This document shows positions 49,131-57,951 of a stretch of 64,000 nucleotides of DNA, one piece after another. Made by a program: the position numbers and the translations under genes. The stretch comes from Alphaproteobacteria bacterium. Lineage in GTDB: Bacteria > Pseudomonadota > Alphaproteobacteria > UBA6615. The stretch lies in the NCBI GenBank assembly GCA_965261585.1, contig CBDHDN010000029.1, positions 195,937 through 259,936 of the forward strand. Reading direction: 5' to 3'. Below the pieces are notes generated by a model. The model was not told the DNA's origin. It did no database searches and saw only the letters and a list, made by a program, of their open reading frames with translations. How positions within the stretch are numbered: the first letter of the stretch is position 1; each line of letters starts with the position of its first letter.

Positions 49131-49281
49131 GAGCAAAAGTGGGCCACTTTGGTTCGGTGAGGAGCTTGTCCCCGTAGTCCACGGGAGGGACCCACGCGCG
49201 GCGTGGACTGCCCCTCAGCAGGCAAAGGCCGCGGCGCGCGTGGGAGGGGCCTGTGGGCCCACGGGGGCAAGCGGATGCCGC

Positions 49282-50049
49282 TCAGGCGCTTTTTGCGGGT
49301 TTCTGTTTTCTTCGGCTCTGCTTGAGGCGGAAGCTTTCGCCGTTCATTTCCAGGATATGGACGTGGTGGGTCAGGCGGTCCAGCAACGCCCCCGTCAGGC
49401 GTTCTGAGCCGAAAACCTCCGTCCACTCGTCGAATGGCAGGTTGGAGGTCACCAGGATCGAGCCACGCTCGTAGCGCTGGCTGAACACCTCGAACAGCAA
49501 CTCGGCGCCGGTCTTGGAGAGCGGCACGAAACCCAGCTCGTCGATGATGAGGAGCTTGAGGTTGGCGAGCTTCTTCTGGAACCTCAGCAGCTGTCTGTCA
49601 TCGCGCGCCTCCATGAGCTCGTGGACCAGGGCGGCGGCGGTGGTAAAGCCGACCGACAGGCCCTTCTGGCAGGCGGCAAGGCCGAGGCCGAGCGCAATGT
49701 GACTCTTGCCGGTGCCGGAATTGCCCAGAGCGATCACATTCTCCCGGCGCTCGATGTACTCGCATCGTGCCAGCTCGAGGACCAGCGCCTTGTTGAGCGA
49801 GGCGATCGCTTTGAAGTCAAAGCTGTCCAAGCTCTTGACGGTCGGGAACTTCGCTTGCCTGATTCGCCGCTCGACCATGCGGCGCTCGCGGTCGATCAGT
49901 TCCAGCTCGGCCAGGCGGAGCAGGTAGCGCACGTGGTCGGCGCCCTCGCTGGCACACTGGCGAGCCAGCTTGTCGTACTCCCTGAGGAAGGTCGGCAGCT
50001 TGAGGGCCTTCAGGTGATGGGCCAGCAACACCTGCGGCGTGTCGCTCAC
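49282..50049 (-). CDS. istB: IS21 helper ATPase IstB (type 2a)
   Basis: The GTG start overlaps the istA stop (GTGA). Walker A GNSGTGKSH and DELGF box. Confidence 0.88.
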   Translation of the reverse strand: MSDTPQVLLAHHLKALKLPTFLREYDKLARQCASEGADHVRYLLRLAELELIDRERRMVERRIRQAKFPTVKSLDSFDFKAIASLNKALVLELARCEYIERRENVIALGNSGTGKSHIALGLGLAACQKGLSVGFTTAAALVHELMEARDDRQLLRFQKKLANLKLLIIDELGFVPLSKTGAELLFEVFSQRYERGSILVTSNLPFDEWTEVFGSERLTGALLDRLTHHVHILEMNGESFRLKQSRRKQKPAKSA

Positions 50050-51545
50050 GGCGCCGCTCCGCCCAGCAGGCTCATGTAGCTGGCGGCGGATGTGGTGGTC
50101 ACCTGGGCCCGCGGCAGATAGGGATAAACGTTCAAGTCGAGCCGGGGGGGTCGACGCTCGACGCGACACAGCACCAGGTGCTTGACCGCATCATAGCCGA
50201 TGGCGCCTAACCGCAGGGCATCGCGGATGGCACCGTGCACCTCCTCAAGGGCAAAGGTCTCCAGAAGACGGAGCACTTGCACGTACTCCCGCTTGCCGGC
50301 CTTGCCCATGCGGGCTTCAAGCAAGCGGCGCAGGTTGGCGTACGCCTCGGGCAGCTTCCAACCGGCCAGCGGGGCGGCTTGATCGAGGGCACCGATCTTC
50401 CGCTCCAGCAAGGCCAGATAGTGGATCGGCTCGAAGATCAGGTCCTCTCGTTCGTAAGAGCGTGGGTGCCGGGCGATGACCTCGGCGGCGCAGCCGATGA
50501 CCACCTCGTGCACGTAGCCACGGACCCAGACCTCTTGGTGACCGTAGGCGACGGGCACCGAGTAGTCGTTGCCCCGATAGCGCACCAGGGAGAGCGAATT
50601 GACCCGCGTGCCCTCCTTGTCGCAGGCCTCGAAAGGCGCCGGCGGCAATTCCATCAGCTTCTCCCGGTCGCATCCGAACCGCTCGCCGATGGTCTCGCGA
50701 TGGCCGCGCAAGACGTCGCTTTCCCGTCTCCGACATTGATGTTCCAGGTGAGCGTTGAAGGCGTCCCAGCTCGCAAACCGGGGGATGGGAACCATGAAGT
50801 TCCGGCGGGCGTAACCGACCAGCCCCTCCACCTTGCCCTTATCATTGCCCTTGCCGGGGCGGCCATATCGATCCTGGAACAGATAATGGGATTGAAGCCC
50901 GCTGAACGCTCGCGTTCGTTGCCGCGTGCCGTCCGGCAGGATGCGCGACACCAGGCACTTGTCATTGTCGTAGAGAATCGATTGGGGAATGCCGCCGAAG
51001 AAGGCGAAGGCCCCGTTGTGGCCGTCCAGCCAGGCCTCCGTCGCCGCCGCCGGGTAGGCCGCAACGAAGCAGGCATCGCTGTGGGGAAGGTCCATGGCGA
51101 AAAAATGCGCCCGCCGCTTGACGCCGGCGATGATCGCATCCGCCTCGCCAAAGTCCGCCTGAGCGTGACCCGGAGGGTGCGCCAGCGGCACGAACATCTC
51201 ACGCTGGCGACGGCGCCGTTCCCGGACGTAATCCTTGACGATGGTCTGTTTGCCCGCAAAGCCATGCTCGTCGCGAAGACGCTCGAATATCCGCTTCGCC
51301 GTGTGGCGCTGCTTGCAGTGAACCGTTCGGTCCTCTTCCAGAATACGGTCAATGATATCCCTGAAGGGGTCCAGCTTCGGGCGCTTCGGTGGCTGGCGGC
51401 GGCGGTAGCCAGGCGGCTCCGAGTGCCCGAGCATCTTCCTCACCGTCTCTCGCGCTATGCCAAACCGACTCGCCGCCTCTCGCTGACTCAGCCCATCAAC
51501 ATGGCACGCCAGCCGAACGCGTAGATAAAGGTCCACGGTATACAT
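50046..51545 (-). CDS. istA: IS21 transposase IstA (type 2a)
   Basis: Start taken at MYTVDLYLRVR behind GGGAGG. HTH plus DDE core. Confidence 0.88.
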   Translation of the reverse strand: MYTVDLYLRVRLACHVDGLSQREAASRFGIARETVRKMLGHSEPPGYRRRQPPKRPKLDPFRDIIDRILEEDRTVHCKQRHTAKRIFERLRDEHGFAGKQTIVKDYVRERRRRQREMFVPLAHPPGHAQADFGEADAIIAGVKRRAHFFAMDLPHSDACFVAAYPAAATEAWLDGHNGAFAFFGGIPQSILYDNDKCLVSRILPDGTRQRTRAFSGLQSHYLFQDRYGRPGKGNDKGKVEGLVGYARRNFMVPIPRFASWDAFNAHLEHQCRRRESDVLRGHRETIGERFGCDREKLMELPPAPFEACDKEGTRVNSLSLVRYRGNDYSVPVAYGHQEVWVRGYVHEVVIGCAAEVIARHPRSYEREDLIFEPIHYLALLERKIGALDQAAPLAGWKLPEAYANLRRLLEARMGKAGKREYVQVLRLLETFALEEVHGAIRDALRLGAIGYDAVKHLVLCRVERRPPRLDLNVYPYLPRAQVTTTSAASYMSLLGGAAP

Positions 51546-51637
51546 CCTCCCACCTTCCATCCCGAAAAGGATCGAAGGCTACAGGTGGCAGAGTTTTACT
51601 CCGCCCGCAGCCGGGCAAATCTCGCCGCTTCCGTGGT

Positions 51638-52741
51638 CTAATTTGTCACCGCCGCACACACAAGCACCTGGTGCTGTGCCGGATCGAGCGGCGGCCGCCG
51701 CGGCTCAACCTCGACGTCTATCCCTATCTGCCGCGTGCCCGGGTCGCAACGACGTCGGCCAGGAGCTACATGGGTCTGTTGTCGAGGGCTCACGCATGAG
51801 CGATGCGCCGCAGAGCCTGCCTTCGGGCCCCGACTCAAGGGTCCTGCTGACCCACCACCTCAAGACGCTGAGGCTGCCGACGTTCCTGCGCGAATACGAC
51901 AAGCTCGCCCGGCAGTGCGCCTCGGAAGGCGTTGACCATGCCCGCTATCTGCTGCGTCTGGCCGAGCTGGAGCTGATCGACCGCGAGCGCCGCATGATCG
52001 AGCGGCGCATCAAGGCGGCGCGCTTCCCCGTGGTCAAGAGCCTGGATGCCTTCGACTTCAAGGTCATCGCTTCGCTCAACAAGATGCTGGTCCTCGAGCT
52101 CGCCCGCTGCGAGCACATCGACCGCCACGAGAACGTCATCGCGCTCGGCAACAGCGGCACCGGCAAGACCCACATCGCCCTCGGTCTCGGCCTGGCCGCT
52201 TGCCAGAGGGGTCTGTCCGTCGGCTTCACCACCGCCGCTGCCCTGGTCCACGAGCTGATGGAGGCGCGTGACGAGAAACGCCTGCTGCGCCTCCAGAGGC
52301 AGCTGGCCAAATACAGGCTCCTGATCATCGATGAACTCGGCTTCGTGCCGCTCTCCAAGACCGGCGCCGAGCTGTTGTTCGAGGTGTTCAGCCAACGCTA
52401 CGAGCGCGGCTCGACCCGGGTGACCTCGAACCTGCCGTTCGATGAATGGACCGAGGTGTTCGGCTCCGAGCGACTCACCGGCGCGCTGCTCGACCGGCTC
52501 ACCCACCACGTCCATATCCTCGAGATGAATGGCGAGAGCTATCGGCTCAACCAGAGCCGCAACCGTCAAAAACCGGCTGCCGGCTGACCCAACACCCAGA
52601 CCCGGCTTGCCCCCGTGGGTTCACAGGCCCCTCCCACGCGCGCCGCCGCGTCAGCCAGGTGAGGGGCACGCCGCGGCGCGCGCGGGGCCCTCCCGTGGAC
52701 TACGGGGACAAACCCCCAGCACCGAGTGGTCCCTTTTTACA
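51638..52741 (+). mobile_element. IS21-family element (type 2b), 5'-truncated by insertion of type 2a
   Basis: Retains only the last ~46 codons of istA (KHLVLCRIERRPPRLNLDVYPYLPRARVATTSARSYMGLL), a full istB and the right end ...CCCTTTTTACA at 52741. Diverged from type 2a at many residues. Confidence 0.8.
51796..52587 (+). CDS. istB: IS21 helper ATPase IstB (type 2b)
   Basis: 263 aa. The ATG overlaps the stop of the residual istA (ATGA). Walker A GNSGTGKTH. Confidence 0.85.
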   Translation: MSDAPQSLPSGPDSRVLLTHHLKTLRLPTFLREYDKLARQCASEGVDHARYLLRLAELELIDRERRMIERRIKAARFPVVKSLDAFDFKVIASLNKMLVLELARCEHIDRHENVIALGNSGTGKTHIALGLGLAACQRGLSVGFTTAAALVHELMEARDEKRLLRLQRQLAKYRLLIIDELGFVPLSKTGAELLFEVFSQRYERGSTRVTSNLPFDEWTEVFGSERLTGALLDRLTHHVHILEMNGESYRLNQSRNRQKPAAG

Positions 52742-53030
52742 CCGCCACCGCGGTCCCATATCGCTCCGCCGTTGACACATGCCCGTATTCGCTCCGCTCC
52801 AACAAGTCTCGGTCCCAGAGCAACGAATCCGAATGCAGGTCCGCAATAGTCAGGCTGTCGTGAAGGCTCCGGGCCGGGATGGAAACCGGATACGGCGGGT
52901 GCGGGATGATCCGGTTGTGCGATCGTTCGATGATCGGCGGGGCCCAAACTAGAAAACCCGCCCCGCCAAGGATCAGCGTCAGGAGTGGACCTATGGCCAA
53001 CCACCGGGCCCGTGCTCCTACGTTTCTCAT
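52742..53030 (-). pseudogene. Membrane dipeptidase (M19-like) N-terminal fragment
   Basis: TM anchor followed by ADLHSDSLLWDRDLLERSEYGHV, typical of renal-type dipeptidases. Cut at the IS21 end after ~96 codons. Confidence 0.6.
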
Positions 53031-53082
53031 CTATTTTTGAGTCGGACCCGATTTCCTTGGACACAGAATTGGCTTAATCGAA

Positions 53083-53514
53083 GTGTCCAAGGAGGACCGG
53101 AACATGACCGATAATTTTGAGAAGAAAGTTGCTGTTGATGGGCCTGTGGTAAATGCGGGCGAGCTTGGCTCGTCCACGTTTTCCCCAGGCCAGGCTTTGC
53201 CGGCAGGCCCGCTGGGACTTGGCCAGCGATGGACGGTGGCGCGCAAGCGTGAGGTCGTTCTGCGGCTTTTGCGTGACGAGCCGGTGCAACTTCTGTCGCG
53301 CCAGTTGGGCGTAGAGATCTTCCGGCTCGAGCAGTGGCGTGAGAAAGCGATCGGCGGGATCGACGCCTCGCTCAAGCAACGCAAGGGCGATCCGGTGCAG
53401 GCGGAACTGGATAGCGCCATGAAGCGGATCGGAGAGTTGACCATGCAGGTGGAACTGCTGGAGGCCAAGACGGAGACCTTCGGCCCTTTGGGGCGGCGGA
53501 GGTCGTGGCGATGA
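53083..53514 (+). CDS. IS transposase OrfA (copy D)
   Basis: 143 aa, intact. Confidence 0.75.
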   Translation: MSKEDRNMTDNFEKKVAVDGPVVNAGELGSSTFSPGQALPAGPLGLGQRWTVARKREVVLRLLRDEPVQLLSRQLGVEIFRLEQWREKAIGGIDASLKQRKGDPVQAELDSAMKRIGELTMQVELLEAKTETFGPLGRRRSWR

Positions 53515-54123
53515 GTGCCGCCACCTCGCCCGGCACGGGTCTGGCCTACGGCCTGCGGCGGGTCTGCGCCGCCTGGGGCAAGGCCCGCTCCTCGTTCTAC
53601 GCCATGACCTCCGGCCAGCACGCCGAGCAGCCGCCGGCAAAGCGTCGGGGACCGAAGCCCGCGATCTCGGACCAGGCGCTGCTGGTGGCGATCGAAGCCG
53701 ACCTGGAGGCATCGCCCTGGGAGGGCGAGGGCTACCGCAAGGTCTGGGCTCGGCTTCGGGTCTGGTGCGCCAGGCGAACTGACAGAAGGTAGGGGGTGCA
53801 AGTCCCCCGGAACGAAGGAGTAACCGAACCACGTTTCTCCGCGAGCCGTGCGTTGGCTCCCGTGAGGGGGCAGGCGAAGCGTCGGTAGCGGCATGGATGG
53901 GCAGGGCTATTGAGCACCGTAAAAGCGATGGTCCGGGGTGCCGAGGCTTTCAGATCGGTCGAAGGCAATATTGCAGGCGTCGTTTTGGTGAGATGTCGGC
54001 GAGCCCCGCGGTGTCAGAGAACCCATGCACGTTCGCACGCCTTCTGTTGGGACCCTGGGAGGTCTTCAAACTGCCCCGGTTGTCGTAAAGGGGCCGCGTA
54101 GGGAATGGAGAAAACCGAAGCCT

Positions 54124-55611
54124 ATGATGAACGGTTTGAAGAAGTCGGATGAGGCCGTACGACCTGTGAGGGCGGCGAACAAGGGAGCGCGAGCTTCTGC
54201 GGAGTCGCCGGAGGAAAGGGCCTCAACCAAGGGGAATCCGGATTGCCAAAGCACGCGCCGAACCCAGTGTCGGGTGAGCGTGCCACAGGCGGCGGCCCGG
54301 ATACGGAAAGCTGCAGAGAGAAACCCGAAGGAACGTCTCACTGCGCTCTTCCACCACATTACGCCGGACGCGCTCGGTGCGGCCTACTTCGCATTGAAGA
54401 AGGACGCAGCAGCCGGTGTCGACGGCGTTACGTGGGACATGTACGGCGAGGGTCTGGATGAGCGCCTGCTCGACCTGCACCGGCGCCTGCACAGAGGGGG
54501 AGCGTACCGGGCGCCACCGGTTCGGCGGGTAGAGGTACCCAAGCCGGACGGGGGGACACGACCGCTCGGGATCGCGGCGCTGGAGGACAAGGTCGTCCAG
54601 AAGGCGGTTGTGGATGTGATCCTGACACCGATCTACGAGGTGGTGTTTCTTGGCTTCAGCTACGGGTTCCGACCGGGGCGGGGGGCGCACGATGCGCTCG
54701 ATGCCCTGGCCTTCGGGATAGAACGGCGCAAGGTCAGCTGGATAGTCGATGCAGACCTCCGGGCGTACTTCGACACGATCCCGCGGGATTGGTTGATCAC
54801 GTTCCTAGAGCACCGCATCGGAGACAGGCGGGTCATCCGTCTGATCCGGAAATGGCTGAACGCCGGCGTCATAGAGAGTGGGTCATGGGCAGATACGGGT
54901 ATGGGCACGCCGCAGGGGGCAATAGTCTCCCCCGTCTTGGCGAACGTGTTCCTGCATTACGTGCTCGACGTGTGGTTCCACAAGAAATGGCGCCCGAACG
55001 TCCCGGATGGCGAAGCGATCATCGTCCGTTACGCTGACGATATCGTTGTCGGGTTCCAACACAAGCGGGATGCGGAGCGGTACCTCCGCGACGTTCGGGA
55101 GAGGCTGGCCCGGTTCGGTCTCAGCCTCCACCAGGACAAGACCCGCCTCGTGGAGTTTGGCCGGTTCGCGGATTTGAACCGGCGCCAGCGCGGGGTGGGC
55201 AAGCCGGAGACTTTCGACTTTCTGGGCCTCACGCACTATTGCACGACGACCCTGAGAGGACGCTTTCGGCTTGGTCGCAAACCGGTTGCCAAACGGGTCA
55301 ACAGGACCCTGGCGCGCATCGACGAGGTGCTTCGCAAGCGCTGGCACCACGACATCTGGGAAGTTGGTAGGTGGCTGGGGCGAGTCTGCAATGGCTGGCT
55401 CAACTACTTTGCCGTCCCAGGGTCAGGCCGGTTCATCCGTGCGTTCCTCCGCAGGCTGCAACGCCGGTGGATGCGGGCGCTACGCCGCCGGTCCCAGCGA
55501 GCCCGATTTAGTTGGAAGCGATTGGAGCGCATGACCGAAATCCTGTGGCCACGCGCCTCCATCCGCCACCCATGGCCGGACCAGCGGTTCGCCGTCAAGC
55601 ACCCGAGGTAG
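54124..55611 (+). CDS. Group II intron reverse transcriptase/maturase
   Basis: Start taken at MMNGLKKSDEAV. RT blocks include PKPDGGTRPLGI and RYADDIVVGF (YADD), followed by a maturase-like C-terminal region. Confidence 0.9.
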   Translation: MMNGLKKSDEAVRPVRAANKGARASAESPEERASTKGNPDCQSTRRTQCRVSVPQAAARIRKAAERNPKERLTALFHHITPDALGAAYFALKKDAAAGVDGVTWDMYGEGLDERLLDLHRRLHRGGAYRAPPVRRVEVPKPDGGTRPLGIAALEDKVVQKAVVDVILTPIYEVVFLGFSYGFRPGRGAHDALDALAFGIERRKVSWIVDADLRAYFDTIPRDWLITFLEHRIGDRRVIRLIRKWLNAGVIESGSWADTGMGTPQGAIVSPVLANVFLHYVLDVWFHKKWRPNVPDGEAIIVRYADDIVVGFQHKRDAERYLRDVRERLARFGLSLHQDKTRLVEFGRFADLNRRQRGVGKPETFDFLGLTHYCTTTLRGRFRLGRKPVAKRVNRTLARIDEVLRKRWHHDIWEVGRWLGRVCNGWLNYFAVPGSGRFIRAFLRRLQRRWMRALRRRSQRARFSWKRLERMTEILWPRASIRHPWPDQRFAVKHPR

Positions 55612-55645
55612 GAGCCGGATGGTTCAACGACCACGTCCGGATCTG
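55612..55645 (+). ncRNA. Intron domain V-like hairpin
   Basis: GAGCCGGATGGTTCAACGACCACGTCCGGATCT has an AGC triad at positions 2-4. The helix is imperfect. It sits about 40 nt before the intron 3' end. Confidence 0.55.
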
Positions 55646-56371
55646 CGCGGGGGGTGCGCAGCAATGCGCATTCCTACCGTAACTCGCGACATCCGGGTTG
55701 CCCGCAAGCGGGTGCTCCGCCTGATGCGCGAGAACAATCTGCTCTCGCCCCATCGCTGCCGCCGCCGTGGCGGCAATCCCCATGACGGTGAGATCATCAC
55801 TCATGCCCCGAACCTCATGTGGGGCACCGATGGCGTTCGGGTGTTCACGGTGGACGACGGCTGGGGCTGGATCTTCACCGCCGTCGAGCATTGGAACGCC
55901 GAGTGTGTCGGCGGGCATGTCTGCAAGCGCGGCGACCGCTTCGCCGCCCTGCAGCCGATCTCCATGGGGCTTGCCGGGCTGTATGGCTCGACCGCGGCCG
56001 GCGCGGCTCGGGGGCTGGCCTTGCGGATGGAGCACGGCTCCCAGTATCTGTCGGACCACTTCACCAACCAGATCAAGTTCTGGGGCATCCAGCCGTCCTA
56101 CGCCTTCGTCGCCGAGCCCCAGACCAACGGCGTCGCCGAGCGGTTCAATCGCACGCTGAAGGAACAGATCATCCATGGTCGCATCTACCGCAACATCGCG
56201 GAGCTGCGGGACGCCCGTCCGCGACTTCGTCGAACTCTACAATGCCCAGTGGATCGTCGAAAAGAACGGCTACCTGAGCCCCGCTCAAGCTCGTCAGGCG
56301 TGGCACGCCGCGATCTCAATCAGGCCCGCCGCGTGAGACAAACTTGTGTCCAAGGAACCGGGTGCGCTACA

Positions 56372-56699
56372 CCTCGTGGTCGGCCGATGTCTTGCGTTCG
56401 CCCGATCCCGCGACGGTCAGGAAATAGCCCGAAAGCGGCCGCGCCTGGCCGGTCGGCAATTCAACGTCGCTGTGCCCTTGCACGGCCAGCGTCGCGGCGG
56501 CGAGAACCGATTGGGCGCAAACGGCGAGAGGCGCTTGCACGCGCGCATGGATCGCCCGTGCGGCCGGGCCGAGCACGCCGTCGAGCGCCTCAATCGGAAA
56601 CGGATCGGCCGGCGGAAGCTCGCGGACCAGGGGGCGCGGCAGCTCGGGCACGAAAGGCTCGGCGCGCGCGATGACGGCGCGGGCGTGCTCGGCGGTCAT
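56372..56699 (-). pseudogene. DUF3987-like (YfjI-type) protein, N-terminal fragment cut by IS copy D
   Basis: ...FPIEALDGVLGPAARAIHARVQAPLAVCAQSVLAAATLAVQGHSDVELPTG...LTVAGSGERKTS resembles the N-terminal region of DUF3987 island proteins. Its ATG overlaps the upstream stop (ATGA). Confidence 0.6.
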
Positions 56700-57604
56700 G
56701 GAGCCGGGTCCCCGAGCACGTCATTGAAATCGGTGCCGACGGTCGGCGGCAAGGCGATGCGCACGCGACGGCCCTCGCGGATAAGCCGCTCGGCCGCACG
56801 CTCGGCGAACCGTTGCCCGGTTCCGCTGGAATCGTGGTCGGCGGCGATCACGACTTCGCCCGCGAGCGGGAGCGGCGGTAGGACGACGGCCGCGAGATTG
56901 CCGGCAGAAAGCGCCGCCCAGGTGGGCAGGCCGGACGCGACCATAACGGCAAGCGCTGTTTCGATTCCCTCGGCCAGTGCCAGCGTTTCCCCGGCCGGTG
57001 CAAGCCGCACGGCGCCGCCGGCGACCGAGCCGAGGGTCGTTTTCGCTGGCTCGATCGGCGCCTTATCGCTGCCGTCCATTCTTAGAAGCGTTCGATGCAC
57101 CGCGCACGGCTCGCGGTCCGGCCAGCGCGTCACGGCGGCGAGCATCACGGCCCAGGTCGCGCGCGTTGCGCCGTGCCAGCCTTCGACTAAGAACCGCAGC
57201 GTCGGCGGGATCGGCGCCTCGATTCCGCGCGCCGCGAGGTATCGCGCGACGATGGTCCCGCATCCCGGCCGTGCCTTCCGCCAGAGTGCCCGCGCCGCCG
57301 CCGTCGTGCCGGCGCGGTCGGGTTCGTAGCGCGGCCTCGGCTCGGCGCGCGAGCAATAATCGTCGCGTCCGTCCCAAAGCCCCCGCGCCTGCAAAGCGCC
57401 GATTACGTCGCGGGGATCGCAGCCAGCGAAACAGCGGACGATAACGGATCGGTCGCCGTCGCGGACACCGAGGCTCGGACTGCGGTCATCGTGCGCTGGA
57501 CAGCTGCACGACCACCACGTGCCCGCCTTGCGCCCGCCAAGGGCGCGGGCGATTTCGGCGGCGTTTATTGGCCGGCCCGTTCCGCCCGGTATTGTTAAGG
57601 GTTG
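56696..57604 (-). CDS. Zinc-binding + Toprim primase-like island protein (start codon unclear)
   Basis: Toprim-like LALAEGIETALAV...VVIAADHDSSGTGQ. The frame stays open upstream of the track start (57394) and encodes NAAEIARALGGRKAGTWWSCSCPAHDDRSPSLGV...RCFAGC, a typical zinc-binding N-terminus. No ATG/GTG/TTG is seen between the in-frame TGA (57605-57607) and 57394. Confidence 0.65.
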   Translation of the reverse strand, partial: QPLTIPGGTGRPINAAEIARALGGRKAGTWWSCSCPAHDDRSPSLGVRDGDRSVIVRCFAGCDPRDVIGALQARGLWDGRDDYCSRAEPRPRYEPDRAGTTAAARALWRKARPGCGTIVARYLAARGIEAPIPPTLRFLVEGWHGATRATWAVMLAAVTRWPDREPCAVHRTLLRMDGSDKAPIEPAKTTLGSVAGGAVRLAPAGETLALAEGIETALAVMVASGLPTWAALSAGNLAAVVLPPLPLAGEVVIAADHDSSGTGQRFAERAAERLIREGRRVRIALPPTVGTDFNDVLGDPAP

Positions 57605-57661
57605 TCAGATGCCTGCCGCACTTAGGCGGTGCCATCTGCTCCGACGGCAGGCGTCTGACAA
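57602..57661. other. 17-bp-stem hairpin at the 5' edge of the primase-like ORF
   Basis: TTGTCAGATGCCTGCCG (57602-57618) pairs with CGGCAGGCGTCTGACAA (57645-57661), with one G:T pair and a 26-nt loop. Confidence 0.7.
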
Positions 57662-57951
57662 GCCTCAGGGGAGGAAACCGCGGGGGAGTTAGGCTCGGTG
57701 GTACGGGCTGTTCGGTCTATGGGGATTTGAGGCTGGCGCCGGGTGTATCGAGGAAGGTTGGCTTTGATTGAGCGCGCTGGTCTGGCCGTCGGCGTTGTTG
57801 GTGGGGTGGATTGTCGGGAGCCTTGCCGTGGCCGGCGGCGGCGCGTTGCGCCGGCTGGGCGGCGTCGGGGCAGCATTGGTTAACGGTGCGGCGTTGCCGG
57901 TCGAGAGCCGGCTGAGGCGTGGCCGATGCGGGCCATCTGATCTGGTCTTTG

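Larger units (their letters stand above)
49131..51637 (-). mobile_element. IS21-family insertion sequence (type 2a), complete
   Basis: istA+istB pair. The outer end ...AATTTGTCA is at 51637. The other end, near 49131, aligns with the end of the related copy at 52741. Boundaries are good to a few bp. It sits between an IS256 fragment and a truncated related IS21. Confidence 0.8.
53765..55683 (+). mobile_element. Bacterial group II intron with an intron-encoded RT/maturase
   Basis: Starts GTGCG and ends ...CTACCGTAAC. RT ORF inside. A domain V-like hairpin follows the ORF directly. The exon junction is precisely reconstructible from the other three IS copies. Confidence 0.9.
53511..56336 (+). 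pseudogene. IS transposase OrfB (copy D), split by the intron and frameshifted
   Basis: The intron lies between 53764 and 55684. In addition there is a 1-bp insertion (GACGCCCGTCC versus GACGCCGTCC) near 56212. Confidence 0.85.
53038..56371 (+). mobile_element. IS3/IS481-superfamily IS, copy D, carrying a group II intron
   Basis: Same termini as copies B and C. 1415 bp of IS sequence plus a 1919-bp insert. No matching direct repeat (left flank ...CATCTATTTT, right flank CCTCGTGGTCGG...). Confidence 0.9.
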
